A stretch of 64,000 nt of DNA from Clostridiales bacterium UBA1758 (GTDB taxonomy: Bacteria > Bacillota > Clostridia > Oscillospirales > UBA1758), in assembly GCA_002315595.1 (NCBI GenBank), contig DCHG01000067.1:3422-67421 (forward strand). The letters run 5' to 3'. The translations under genes were made by a program, and so were the position numbers. Each line of letters begins with the position of its first letter. The first letter of the stretch is position 1. Under the pieces are notes generated by a model that saw only the letters and a program-made list of their open reading frames with translations, did no database searches and was not told the DNA's origin. Below, piece after piece: positions 36,190 through 44,800 of this stretch.

Positions 36190-37385
36190 TTCAGAATCTC
36201 CTCGATGTCAATTTCGTTCGGGCGGATCTCAACATCCTTTGCCGCCCAGGAAAAGCCGAGTTCGGCGGGTGTTTTGCCGCAATCGTAGCATTTCATCAAT
36301 TCGTCGGAGAAACCGTGGATATAGGTGGCGGGTTCATCTTCACAACGATAGACGCCTTCGGTGAGCGTGTTGATCGGGACTTGGGCGAAGACCGCGTTGG
36401 TCACGATCTCATAGGGCATAACGGTGGATGCCGTGCAGGGAAGCGGGGCACCCGTCCTGATAGCGTCGATCAAACGGAGAAGTTTCGATCCCGTTCCTTC
36501 GGCGGAGTTCGGATCGCCGTACTTCTTCGTCGTTCCGTCAGCAAAGGTCGCCGTAATGCACATTTTGTCGGCGTCGAAGTCGACGATGGCGTTTTCAAAT
36601 TCATAACGGAACAGCGGATTGATGTTTTTGTCACCCGAATGTGTAGCGACAAAGGTAAATTCTGCACCGTTTTTGAATTTACCCGCGATCACGGAAGAGT
36701 CGACGGTTTCGATGTCTTTGGCGCGGTAGGAGGTTGCACGGATAATATCCGGCATGGCGGACTCGTCTTCTTTTTCGCCGAGAACGAAAAAGATATTGTG
36801 TAAATAATGCGCCGTTGCGTTGGTGATGACGCTATCCATTAAGAGTTCACCGCGGTTATCGCGCATTTTCCCCTTCCAACCCGAAGCGTAGTAGGCGTCC
36901 GTGCGTTGCCATGAAATATAGGTGCGAAGCGAAAGCGGCTTACCGAGCGTGCCGTCAAGAATATCCTTTTTCAGTTTGAGAATAGCGGGTGCCGCCGACC
37001 ATTGAAATCCGACCGCAAGGCGACGACCGTGCGAGGCGGCGTATTCGCCGAGTGCCTTGGCATCCCTTGCCAGCGGGACAAGTGGTTTTTCACACAAAAC
37101 ATCGCTTCCCGCATCAATGGCGCGAATGACCATTTCACGGTGGAATTGCACCGGCGTGCTAATGATCATAATATCCGCGGTGTCTGCGGCGTAGAATTCG
37201 TCCAGCGTCTTGTAGACCGGGGTGCCGTCCACCTGAATTCTCGGCCAGTCGACGGCGCGTTCGACAAAGGGATCGATCACTCCGACAAGTTCGCAATTAA
37301 CCTTTGTAAGATAGTTGTCGAAAACATTAAAATAGGTCTGACCGTAGCCGCCTGCCCCGGCCAAAGCGATGCGAAGTTTTTTCAT
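36186..37385 (-). CDS. Gfo/Idh/MocA-family NAD(P)-dependent oxidoreductase
   Basis: GGAGGGG RBS before ATG 37385. Rossmann N-terminus MKKLRIALAGAGGYGQTY and the EKP motif (VLCEKPL). Confidence 0.85.
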   Translation of the reverse strand: MKKLRIALAGAGGYGQTYFNVFDNYLTKVNCELVGVIDPFVERAVDWPRIQVDGTPVYKTLDEFYAADTADIMIISTPVQFHREMVIRAIDAGSDVLCEKPLVPLARDAKALGEYAASHGRRLAVGFQWSAAPAILKLKKDILDGTLGKPLSLRTYISWQRTDAYYASGWKGKMRDNRGELLMDSVITNATAHYLHNIFFVLGEKEDESAMPDIIRATSYRAKDIETVDSSVIAGKFKNGAEFTFVATHSGDKNINPLFRYEFENAIVDFDADKMCITATFADGTTKKYGDPNSAEGTGSKLLRLIDAIRTGAPLPCTASTVMPYEIVTNAVFAQVPINTLTEGVYRCEDEPATYIHGFSDELMKCYDCGKTPAELGFSWAAKDVEIRPNEIDIEEILK

Positions 37386-37423
37386 ACAGCCCCTCCGAAA
37401 TACAAAGTATGATGTTTGATTAG

Positions 37424-37452
37424 ATTGTACTTCTTTTGAACGGATTGTGCAA
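37424..37452 (-). promoter_or_regulatory. Sigma-A type promoter of the 7-gene operon, overlapped by a 14-bp palindrome
   Basis: Minus strand reads TTGCAC, 17 nt, TACAAT. The perfect palindrome GGATTG-tg-CAATCC (37442-37455) covers the -35 element. Confidence 0.55.
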
Positions 37453-37471
37453 TCCCTTTGATCATTGTTTT

Positions 37472-37508
37472 CAAAAAAGAAAATGCCCCGTGGTAAAACA
37501 TGGGGCAA
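37472..37508 (-). terminator. Rho-independent terminator after the substrate-binding-protein gene
   Basis: Minus strand shows GCCCCATG-tttta-CCACGGGGC followed by ATTTTCTTTTTT. Confidence 0.7.
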
Positions 37509-37511
37509 AAG

Positions 37512-39098
37512 TTATTTTTCGATGACCGCCCAGGTAAAGTCCGGCGTGCCGAGGGACGCAATTCGCACGCCCGTCAGTTTTTTGGTGTAGATCCAAAGTT
37601 CGTTGGTAAAGCAGATCGGGGCAATGGCGGCGTCGGTTTTACAGAGCAGTTCCTCCGCCTTGTGCAGTGAGTCAAGGCATTCGCTGTCATCCGGGTTTTC
37701 CAATGCGTAGGCGACGTAGGAATCGTAATTTTGGTTGGAATAGTGTCCGTAGTTGGACGGGTGATCGGTCGTATATCGGATGAAGAACGACGCAAGGCTG
37801 GAATAGGTGCTTCCGCCGGAGGTCAGCGCACAGTCGAATTCACCTGCGGTGACACGAAGAAGGAAATCATCATAGGGCAGAGCCTCGACTTTTGCGTTTG
37901 TGCCGAGGGTTTCGTTCCACACGCCCGCGATTGTTTCGGCAATGGAAACGCTCACCTCATCATCGGGACAGAGCAGAGTGAAACCCAAAAGACCGCGTCC
38001 GTTTGCATATCCCGCACGCGCAAAAGAGTCCACCGCGAGTTGTTGGTTGGTTGTGTAGGAGAGCAGATCGGACGGGATAATGTCACCTGCGGTCGTGCGG
38101 AAGTCGGCGGCGCCCGAACTCGTCCAGTTGCCGGACGGAACGAGGGCACCCGCCGATGTATCAAAGCCCGAAAGCAGGGTGTCGACAATGTAGGTGCGGT
38201 CGATGCAGTAGGAAAGCCCCAGACGCACATCGGGATGATTCAACGCAAGGCAATTGACGTTGAAGGTGATTTTCAGGCAACTTCCGTCGTAGGCATGGTT
38301 TTCGGATGAACCACTGCGGATCTTTTCGGCGGTGGAACGATCCAACGACATCGCAAAGTCGACGACATCGTTTTTGTAATCGGAGATGAGGACTTCCGCA
38401 TCATCGTAAAAGCGGAAGACCAGTTTTTTCGTGGTGATCGCAGAGGCGTTGTAGTAGTCTTCGCGTTTGTGAACAACGACGCGTTCCGCGGTCAGCGTGG
38501 AAATGACGAACGGACCGTTGGAGATCACCGAGCCGTCTTCCGTGCCGAGACCGCTTTCCACATTGTCCTGACGGACGGGAAGGAAGACGCTTTCGCTCAA
38601 CAGTTCGGGCAGAAGTTTCACGGAACGGGAAAGGTGAACTTCCAGCGTCTTTTCGTCGACGGCTTCAACACCGAGCGTTGAAGGATCGGCGTTGTCAAGG
38701 ACGATGTCGGTGGCATTTTCCAAACACATCATCGCCGAAAGCGTGGTGTAGTCGGCGGTGGCAATGGTACGCTTCCACGAGTACTCGAAATCTTCCGCGG
38801 TGACGGGATGACCGTCCGACCATGTCGCATCGCGCAATGTAAAGGTGTATTCGGTGTAGTCTTCGTTGGCAACCCATTTTTCAGCCATTCCGGCGACGAT
38901 GTTGCCGTTCACATCCTCGCGCGTCAATCCCTCTAACAGATGGCAGGAGATCAGTGACTCGTCATATGCGGGATCAATGACGGTGAAGGGCCTTCCGATA
39001 CCGATGTCGATCGTGTCATCATTTTTGGCGGCACAGGAACTCAACGGCAGAACGGTGACGAATACCGCAAGCAGGAGTGCAAGGATTTTTTTATTCAT
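37512..39098 (-). CDS. Family-5 (peptide/oligosaccharide/nickel type) ABC substrate-binding lipoprotein, orphan
   Basis: GGAGG RBS before ATG 39098. Signal plus lipobox LPLSSC. About 528 aa with an SBP_bac_5-like texture. There are no adjacent permease or ATPase genes. Confidence 0.8.
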   Translation of the reverse strand: MNKKILALLLAVFVTVLPLSSCAAKNDDTIDIGIGRPFTVIDPAYDESLISCHLLEGLTREDVNGNIVAGMAEKWVANEDYTEYTFTLRDATWSDGHPVTAEDFEYSWKRTIATADYTTLSAMMCLENATDIVLDNADPSTLGVEAVDEKTLEVHLSRSVKLLPELLSESVFLPVRQDNVESGLGTEDGSVISNGPFVISTLTAERVVVHKREDYYNASAITTKKLVFRFYDDAEVLISDYKNDVVDFAMSLDRSTAEKIRSGSSENHAYDGSCLKITFNVNCLALNHPDVRLGLSYCIDRTYIVDTLLSGFDTSAGALVPSGNWTSSGAADFRTTAGDIIPSDLLSYTTNQQLAVDSFARAGYANGRGLLGFTLLCPDDEVSVSIAETIAGVWNETLGTNAKVEALPYDDFLLRVTAGEFDCALTSGGSTYSSLASFFIRYTTDHPSNYGHYSNQNYDSYVAYALENPDDSECLDSLHKAEELLCKTDAAIAPICFTNELWIYTKKLTGVRIASLGTPDFTWAVIEK

Positions 39099-39297
39099 AA
39101 AACCTCCAATGGGGATGGGAAAATCGTTTGTTTCGTTGGCTTTTCGCCAAAAGTCTTTCACATTATAACACACCCCGATAGAAAAAAACAAAACATTTTA
39201 TGAATTTTCTTCTTTTTTTGTATAAATGACGAATTTATTGATTCATTTTTATATGATAAAATAAAGAATATTTCGGAGTGGAAAAGGAGGAAACGGC

Positions 39298-39801
39298 GTG
39301 AAAAACAGAAAGATCGTCTACTGCGGATTGGTTGCGGCGGTGTATGCGACACTGACCGTTGCGCTTGCGCCGATTTCTTTCGGTGCCGTTCAGGTGCGCG
39401 TTGCGGAAGCACTGTGTCTACTGCCGTTTTGGTGGCCGGAAACCGTATGGGGCTTGCTTGTCGGGTGCCTGATCTCGAATGCGGTGGGAATGTCGCTGGG
39501 TGTTTCGACGGTACTGGATCTCATTGTCGGGCCGATTATGACGCTTGCCGCCGGATGGCTCACATCGAAATGCCACAATAAATTTCTCGCACCCATTCCC
39601 CCGATCATTTTGAATGCCGTTGGGATCGGTGCGGTGATTGCGTGGACGGGCGTACCGAGCGAGATGTTTTGGTGGATGCTCGCCTGGACAGCGTCGACCG
39701 TCGGACTCGGCGAATTGATTGCTTGCGGGGGTGTGGGACTTGCACTGCTCGCCGTTCTCAAAAAGGCAGAAAAGTATTTCCCGCAGACGAAAAGAAAATA
39801 A
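39298..39801 (+). CDS. queT: Queuosine-precursor transporter, ECF S-component QueT family
   Basis: AAGGAGG RBS before GTG 39298. The motif APISFGAVQVRVAEALCLLPF is typical of QueT. Confidence 0.75.
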   Translation: MKNRKIVYCGLVAAVYATLTVALAPISFGAVQVRVAEALCLLPFWWPETVWGLLVGCLISNAVGMSLGVSTVLDLIVGPIMTLAAGWLTSKCHNKFLAPIPPIILNAVGIGAVIAWTGVPSEMFWWMLAWTASTVGLGELIACGGVGLALLAVLKKAEKYFPQTKRK

Positions 39802-39851
39802 AGCGCACTCTTTCCTATAAAAATCTTTTGAATTATATAAAAATCTTTTTG

Positions 39852-39885
39852 AAAAAAGCAGAAGTTATTGACTTCTGCTTTTTTA
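39852..39885 (+). terminator. Rho-independent terminator
   Basis: AAAAAAGCAGAAGT-tattg-ACTTCTGCTTTTTT. Confidence 0.8.
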
Positions 39886-39930
39886 CTGTATATACTACGC
39901 TCGTAATAAAGTATTTTTAGGAGGGAAAAT

Positions 39931-40845
39931 ATGCATCAGTATCCTGAAACCAACGGCGGTTGGAAAAAATACGAAAATAACCCGGTACTTGGCGGCCCGG
40001 TCATGGGCACCTGCTTTGATGTCTATACATGGCTTGATAACGGAGAATACCGCATGGATTTCTCATGGCGTCCGAAAAAATCTCTTGCGGTCGTCACAAG
40101 CAGGGATGGTGTCCAGTGGAGCGAGCCGATCATCACGCTTGAACCGAATATGGATTCCGGATGGGAAGAAAATCTGAATCGTCACTGTGTTGTCAAAAAA
40201 GACGGCACCTATCATATGTGGTATACAGGTCAGGCACGCGGATATAGTTGGATCGGTTATGCAACGAGCAAGGACGGACTGCACTTTGAACGTTATCAGC
40301 AACAACCCGTCATGTTCAGCGATCGCCCGTATGAGGGACAGAGCGTCATGTGTCCTTTCGTCATGTGGGACGAGGAACTTCAACTCTTCCGCATGTGGTA
40401 TGCCGCAGGCGAGACCTATGAGCCGAATGTTCTCGCATATGCAACAAGTTCGGACGGTGTCCATTGGGATAAACTGCCCGCCAATCCGATTATCGGACCG
40501 ATGGAGGAACACCCCTATGAAATGGAACGCGTCGGCCCTTGCCATGTCGTAAAGGCTGACGGCTGGCACTACATTTTCTACATCGGATACGAGGATATTC
40601 ACACCGCCCGCGTCTGTGTCGCCCGTTCGAAAAACGGTATCACAAACTGGACACGCCTGAAAGCCAATCCGATCGTTTCGCCGACCATCGGCGGCTGGGA
40701 CGAGAGTGCGTGCTATAAGCCGAGCGTTGTCCGTGATGAAAAGAACAACCGTTGGCTCCTTTGGTACAATGGCCGTAACGGCGAGCCGGAATATATCGGA
40801 CTTGTAATCCACGAAGGACTTGACCTTGGTTTTGATGAGAAATGA
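39931..40845 (+). CDS. Five-bladed beta-propeller glycoside hydrolase/phosphorylase (GH130/GH43-like)
   Basis: Repeated blade pattern (SRDGVQWSE, KKDGTYHMWYTG, SKDGLHFE, SSDGVHWDK, KADGWHYIFY, SKNGITNW, RWLLWYNG) and no signal peptide. Confidence 0.7.
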   Translation: MHQYPETNGGWKKYENNPVLGGPVMGTCFDVYTWLDNGEYRMDFSWRPKKSLAVVTSRDGVQWSEPIITLEPNMDSGWEENLNRHCVVKKDGTYHMWYTGQARGYSWIGYATSKDGLHFERYQQQPVMFSDRPYEGQSVMCPFVMWDEELQLFRMWYAAGETYEPNVLAYATSSDGVHWDKLPANPIIGPMEEHPYEMERVGPCHVVKADGWHYIFYIGYEDIHTARVCVARSKNGITNWTRLKANPIVSPTIGGWDESACYKPSVVRDEKNNRWLLWYNGRNGEPEYIGLVIHEGLDLGFDEK

Positions 40846-40856
40846 GGATTTCAACA

Positions 40857-42419
40857 ATGAAAGATACGAAAAAACTGCTTTCGACCTATGTGCGGAGTTT
40901 CAATGCAACCGATGACGAATGTGTCATTCAGGCCGTTTCCAATGACGAAGCGGAAGAATGGCTGATGGCGCGTGCACCCCGTATTGCCGTGCCGGATGCG
41001 GAAATCGAAAAGACCTATTACTTCCGCTGGTGGACCTATCGAAAGCACGTCAAAAAGACGCCCGAAGGATATGTCATGACGGAATTCCATCCCGATGTCG
41101 CATGGGCGGGAAAGTATAACACCATTCCGTGCGCCTGCACCTTCCATATGCGTGAGGGACGCTGGCTCCGTGAAAACGGTTTTCTTGACGACTATATGAA
41201 ATTCTGGTATCGTGACGGTGCCAAGCAACTCCATGTTTACAGCAATGCATTCGAGGCGGCGATCGGTTGGCTCGGTGAAATGCGTGGCGACGACACGGGA
41301 CTTGACCTGCTCGACGCGATGGAAAACAGTTACGAACTTTGGAAGACCGAACATATGACAAAGAACGGCCTTTACTGGTCGCATGACGGCTATGACGGCT
41401 CCGAATATTCTATCAGCGGTCACGGTCTGCGCGCCACACTGAACAGTTATCAGTACGTCAACGCTCTCGCAATTGCCCGCCTTCTCCGCAAAAAGGGCGA
41501 GATCGCCAAGGCGGAAAAATACGAAAAAGAAGCCGCGGAATTGAAAAAACGCTTCAACGAACTTCTTTGGGACGAAAAACTCGGCTTCTATCGGACGATC
41601 CCGCAAAAGTCCGTCGATTCCGAGCCGTACTTCAATGAACTGCATTATGTGCGCGAACTTTGGGACTATATCCCGTGGCTTTACGGCACCGCGACCGAAG
41701 GAAAGGCGGATGCGTTCCGTCAACTTCTCGATGAACGCGGATTTTTTGGAAAATGCGGTCTGACCACCGCCGAACGCCGCCACCCCTGTTACGGCATTTT
41801 CTACACCGGTGAAGAATTCTTCAACTGGTTGAAAATGCGTGGTGAGGAACCGTTCGATTGGGATGAAACCGAAGGACATGAATGTCTGTGGCATGGTCCG
41901 AGTTGGCCGTTTGCGACTTGTACGACGCTCGGCGCCGTGGCAAATCTTCTCGTCAGCGGCGAAAAGCAGGATGCTATCACGAAGGACGACTATCTTATGC
42001 TTCTGCACCAATATGCGGCGGCACATAAGAGAACGCGTGAAGACGGCGTAGTCATCCCGTGGATCGACGAAGATATGAACCCGGATAACGGCGACTGGAT
42101 CTCCCGCACCCGTCTTTCGAACTGGCACGGCGAACGCTTCCCGAAGGACAAGGGAGGCTATGAACGCGGCAAGGATTATAACCACTCCACCTTCTGCGAT
42201 CTTGTTCTCGAAGGTTTGTTTGGCGTTCGCCCGGATGCCGACGGCATCCGTTTTGCCCCGTTGTTCCCGGCAGAATGGGAGTATGCGCAGGTCGATGATC
42301 TTCTCATACACGGACACAATATCGGTGTCAATTACGAAAAGGGCAAGGGCTACTGCGTCTATCAAGATGGTGAAAAAGTTTTTGAAAACGCAACTCCGAC
42401 GGAATTCTATTTGAAGTAA
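40857..42419 (+). CDS. (alpha/alpha)6-barrel glycoside hydrolase (GH63/GH37-like, MGH1-like)
   Basis: About 520 aa. Motifs GPSWPFATCTTL and WHGERFP are typical of this barrel clan. The family call is tentative. Confidence 0.65.
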   Translation: MKDTKKLLSTYVRSFNATDDECVIQAVSNDEAEEWLMARAPRIAVPDAEIEKTYYFRWWTYRKHVKKTPEGYVMTEFHPDVAWAGKYNTIPCACTFHMREGRWLRENGFLDDYMKFWYRDGAKQLHVYSNAFEAAIGWLGEMRGDDTGLDLLDAMENSYELWKTEHMTKNGLYWSHDGYDGSEYSISGHGLRATLNSYQYVNALAIARLLRKKGEIAKAEKYEKEAAELKKRFNELLWDEKLGFYRTIPQKSVDSEPYFNELHYVRELWDYIPWLYGTATEGKADAFRQLLDERGFFGKCGLTTAERRHPCYGIFYTGEEFFNWLKMRGEEPFDWDETEGHECLWHGPSWPFATCTTLGAVANLLVSGEKQDAITKDDYLMLLHQYAAAHKRTREDGVVIPWIDEDMNPDNGDWISRTRLSNWHGERFPKDKGGYERGKDYNHSTFCDLVLEGLFGVRPDADGIRFAPLFPAEWEYAQVDDLLIHGHNIGVNYEKGKGYCVYQDGEKVFENATPTEFYLK

Positions 42420-42424
42420 AATTT

Positions 42425-42466
42425 GCCCCGATGGATTGGCGGTTTGTCGATTGATCGGGGCTTTTT
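42425..42466 (+). terminator. Rho-independent terminator
   Basis: GCCCCGAT...ATCGGGGC followed by TTTTT. Confidence 0.75.
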
Positions 42467-42499
42467 ATGAATTTTTACATCAAAAACAGAGAAAAAACC

Positions 42500-42527
42500 T
42501 TGACAAACCGCGGAAATCCGCTATAAT
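42500..42527 (+). promoter_or_regulatory. Consensus sigma-A promoter of rpsF-ssb-rpsR
   Basis: TTGACA, 16 nt, TATAAT. Confidence 0.65.
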
Positions 42528-42607
42528 TAGATGTTGAACTCTGCCAAAAGGCAGACAAACCTTGTCTCTCTCACGGGAGACCATAAGTCCAAAAGGAGGT
42601 GCCGAAA

Positions 42608-42907
42608 ATGGCCAAGATCACATCCAAGTACGAGACGATATTCATTGTCGACCTCGACCTCGGCGAGGAGGGCATTGCAAACATGGTTGCAAAGTTCCGC
42701 ACTCTGATCGAGGAAAATGCCACTCTTGAAAAAGTTGATGAGTGGGGCAAGAGAAGATATGCTTATCCGATCAACGATCAGACGGAAGGTTACTATGTTC
42801 TTGTGAACTTTGAGTCCAAGCCCGATTTCCCGGCTGAACTCGACCGTATCTACAAGATCACGGAAGGAATCGTCCGTTCCATCATCGTCTGCAAGGACGA
42901 AAAGTAA
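42608..42907 (+). CDS. rpsF: 30S ribosomal protein S6
   Basis: The product reads MAKITSKYETIFIV.... AAGGAGG RBS. Confidence 0.9.
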   Translation: MAKITSKYETIFIVDLDLGEEGIANMVAKFRTLIEENATLEKVDEWGKRRYAYPINDQTEGYYVLVNFESKPDFPAELDRIYKITEGIVRSIIVCKDEK

Positions 42908-42916
42908 GGTGATATC

Positions 42917-43387
42917 ATGCTGAATAAAGTCATCTTAATGGGTCGCCTTACCCGCGATCCGGAACTTCGCCACACGTCTTCGAATATCCCCGTTGCGTCT
43001 TTGACGCTCGCGGTTGACCGTTCCTTCGGACGCGGCGAACAAAAGGAAACCGACTTTATCGACGTCGTTTGCTGGAGACAGCAGGCGGATTTTGTTGCAA
43101 AATGGTTCACCAAAGGTCAGCTTGTAGCTGTGTCCGGTCGTCTTCAGGTTAGAAACTGGGAAGATAAGGACGGCAATAAGCGACGTGCCTATGAGGTCGT
43201 CGCGGACGAGGTTCACTTTGCTGAATCCCGCAAAAGCACCGGCGGTTATGACCGTCAGGACAGTTACGGCAATCAAGACACTCCCGCCTACGCCTCCGCC
43301 GCACCGCGTGCCAATGCCGCACCGTTGCCGGAGACGCCGTCGGATTTCTCGGAGCTGCTTGGCAGCGACGACGACCTGCCGTTCTGA
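42917..43387 (+). CDS. ssb: Single-stranded DNA-binding protein
   Basis: MLNKVILMGRLTRDPELR OB-fold N-terminus and acidic tail DDDLPF. Confidence 0.95.
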   Translation: MLNKVILMGRLTRDPELRHTSSNIPVASLTLAVDRSFGRGEQKETDFIDVVCWRQQADFVAKWFTKGQLVAVSGRLQVRNWEDKDGNKRRAYEVVADEVHFAESRKSTGGYDRQDSYGNQDTPAYASAAPRANAAPLPETPSDFSELLGSDDDLPF

Positions 43388-43420
43388 TACGGCTAAATTT
43401 TGAAAGGAGATCATATCATC

Positions 43421-43651
43421 ATGGATAGAAATAAAAATCCGCGCAAGAGAAAGAAAGTTTGTGCTTTCTGCGCTGACCGTGCCAACGTGATTGATTATAA
43501 GGATGCCGCAAAGCTTCGCCGCTTTGTTTCCGAGCGTGGCAAAATCCTGCCCCGCAGAATGACCGGCACCTGCGCTGAACATCAGCGTACTCTTACCGTC
43601 GCGATCAAGCGTGCTCGCCACATCGCGATTCTTCCGTACGTTGCCGACTAA
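43421..43651 (+). CDS. rpsR: 30S ribosomal protein S18
   Basis: Motifs KKVCAFC...IDYKD...[22 protein letters not shown] before ATG 43421. Confidence 0.9.
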   Translation: MDRNKNPRKRKKVCAFCADRANVIDYKDAAKLRRFVSERGKILPRRMTGTCAEHQRTLTVAIKRARHIAILPYVAD

Positions 43652-43658
43652 GTTTCTC

Positions 43659-43691
43659 AAAGGCGTTGGGTTGTCCCAACGCCTTTCTTTT
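43659..43691 (+). terminator. Rho-independent terminator
   Basis: AAAGGCGTTGGG-ttgt-CCCAACGCCTTT followed by CTTTT. Confidence 0.8.
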
Positions 43692-43723
43692 ATACTTATT
43701 TAATTACGAGAGGGTGCTTTATC

Positions 43724-44551
43724 GTGCAAAAGACAGCGGTTGTTACCGGCGGAAGCCGCAATATCGGTCAAGGCATTGCAATCGTGCTCGCCGAGCATGG
43801 TTATGATGTGGCGATTACCTATCGATCCCACCCAGAAGGGGCGGAGGAAACGAAACAATCCATTGAAAAACTTGGCAGAAAATGCTTTGTCTATCAGGCA
43901 AGTCTGGATCAGTCCGATGTTCCCGCAAAAGTGATGGCGCAGGCGCATCGGGATCTCGGTCATATCGACGTTTGCGTCTGCAATGCGGGCAAGGATCGTC
44001 GCCATAGCGTGCTGACCGTGACTGCCGAACAGATCGACGAACTTTTCCAAAGCAATTTCCGCGCTTATTCCCTTTGTGCGGGTGCGGCGGCACGCCATAT
44101 GATTCGTGACGGAATTAAGGGAAGCATCATCTTTATCACATCCACCCGTGCGGAACGCGCATATCCGTCGGATTTTGTTTACGGCGGATTGAAGGCGGGC
44201 ATCAAACGCGCCTGCGAATCCATCGCACTCGATCTGTCACAGTACGGCATTCGTGTCAATTGCGTTGCTCCGGGTGGAACGCTCGAGCCGAAACTCGATA
44301 AAGGTGGCTTCGGAAGCGGCGTTTTCGCCAAAGAGGTCATTCCGCTTGGACGAATCGGTATTCCGCGTGACGATGCGGAAGTTGTCGCATTTCTCGCGTC
44401 CGACAAAGCGTCCTACATCACCGGTACTACGGTTCGTTGCGACGGTGGACTCATTCTCTCCGGTATGCCCGAAGACAATACTTCGGTTAAATGGGTGGAT
44501 AAGGATTGGCAGGAAAAAATTCGTGCCGAGGTTATGCAAAGAGAAGACTGA
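43724..44551 (+). CDS. SDR-family oxidoreductase
   Basis: TGGSRNIGQGIA cofactor motif and catalytic YGGLKAG (YxxxK). GTG start. Confidence 0.8.
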   Translation: MQKTAVVTGGSRNIGQGIAIVLAEHGYDVAITYRSHPEGAEETKQSIEKLGRKCFVYQASLDQSDVPAKVMAQAHRDLGHIDVCVCNAGKDRRHSVLTVTAEQIDELFQSNFRAYSLCAGAAARHMIRDGIKGSIIFITSTRAERAYPSDFVYGGLKAGIKRACESIALDLSQYGIRVNCVAPGGTLEPKLDKGGFGSGVFAKEVIPLGRIGIPRDDAEVVAFLASDKASYITGTTVRCDGGLILSGMPEDNTSVKWVDKDWQEKIRAEVMQRED

Positions 44552-44558
44552 AATGTTT

Positions 44559-44589
44559 CAAAACCTCACCGATCACGGTGAGGTTTTTT
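44559..44589 (+). terminator. Rho-independent terminator
   Basis: AAAACCTCACCG-atca-CGGTGAGGTTTTTT. Confidence 0.8.
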
Positions 44590-44650
44590 GCATGAATATA
44601 CGATCACGAAAAAATTTTTTCAAAAAGACTGTTTTTTGGTGAAATTTTCA

Positions 44651-44679
44651 TTGACAGAACATCAAAATGATGATAAACT
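44651..44679 (+). promoter_or_regulatory. Sigma-A promoter of the uracil-permease gene
   Basis: TTGACA, 17 nt, TAAACT. Confidence 0.6.
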
Positions 44680-44685
44680 AATTTA

Positions 44686-44800
44686 CGAAAAAGGACATCT
44701 TTAACTTGGTACTGAGAGACCGACAAGGCGTCTGCAATGAAAAAAAGGCGGAATTCCGCCTGCGTTGCCTTGTCTTATTATGGACAGGGTTCTTTTTTTT
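44686..44800 (+). promoter_or_regulatory. Transcription attenuator with three alternative structures (PyrR-type candidate)
   Basis: Binding-loop-like hairpin CTTGGT-ACTGAGAG-ACC(gac)AAG (44705-44728). Antiterminator GACAAGGC (44722-44729) pairs with GCCTTGTC (44767-44774). Terminator CCTTGTC-ttattatg-GACAGGG is followed by T-rich TTCTTTTTTTT. Confidence 0.5.

Noticed and set aside
39192-39297. Expected preQ1 riboswitch upstream of queT
   Set aside because: I looked for a preQ1-I type hairpin followed by an A-rich tail pairing into the RBS and found no convincing P1 stem or CCCUC/UAAAAAACUA-like elements. A cmscan would be needed to be sure.
40851-42365. 504-aa minus-strand ORF
   Set aside because: It is antisense to the (alpha/alpha)6-barrel hydrolase gene. 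It has no RBS or promoter and an implausible composition. The sense gene has clear family motifs.
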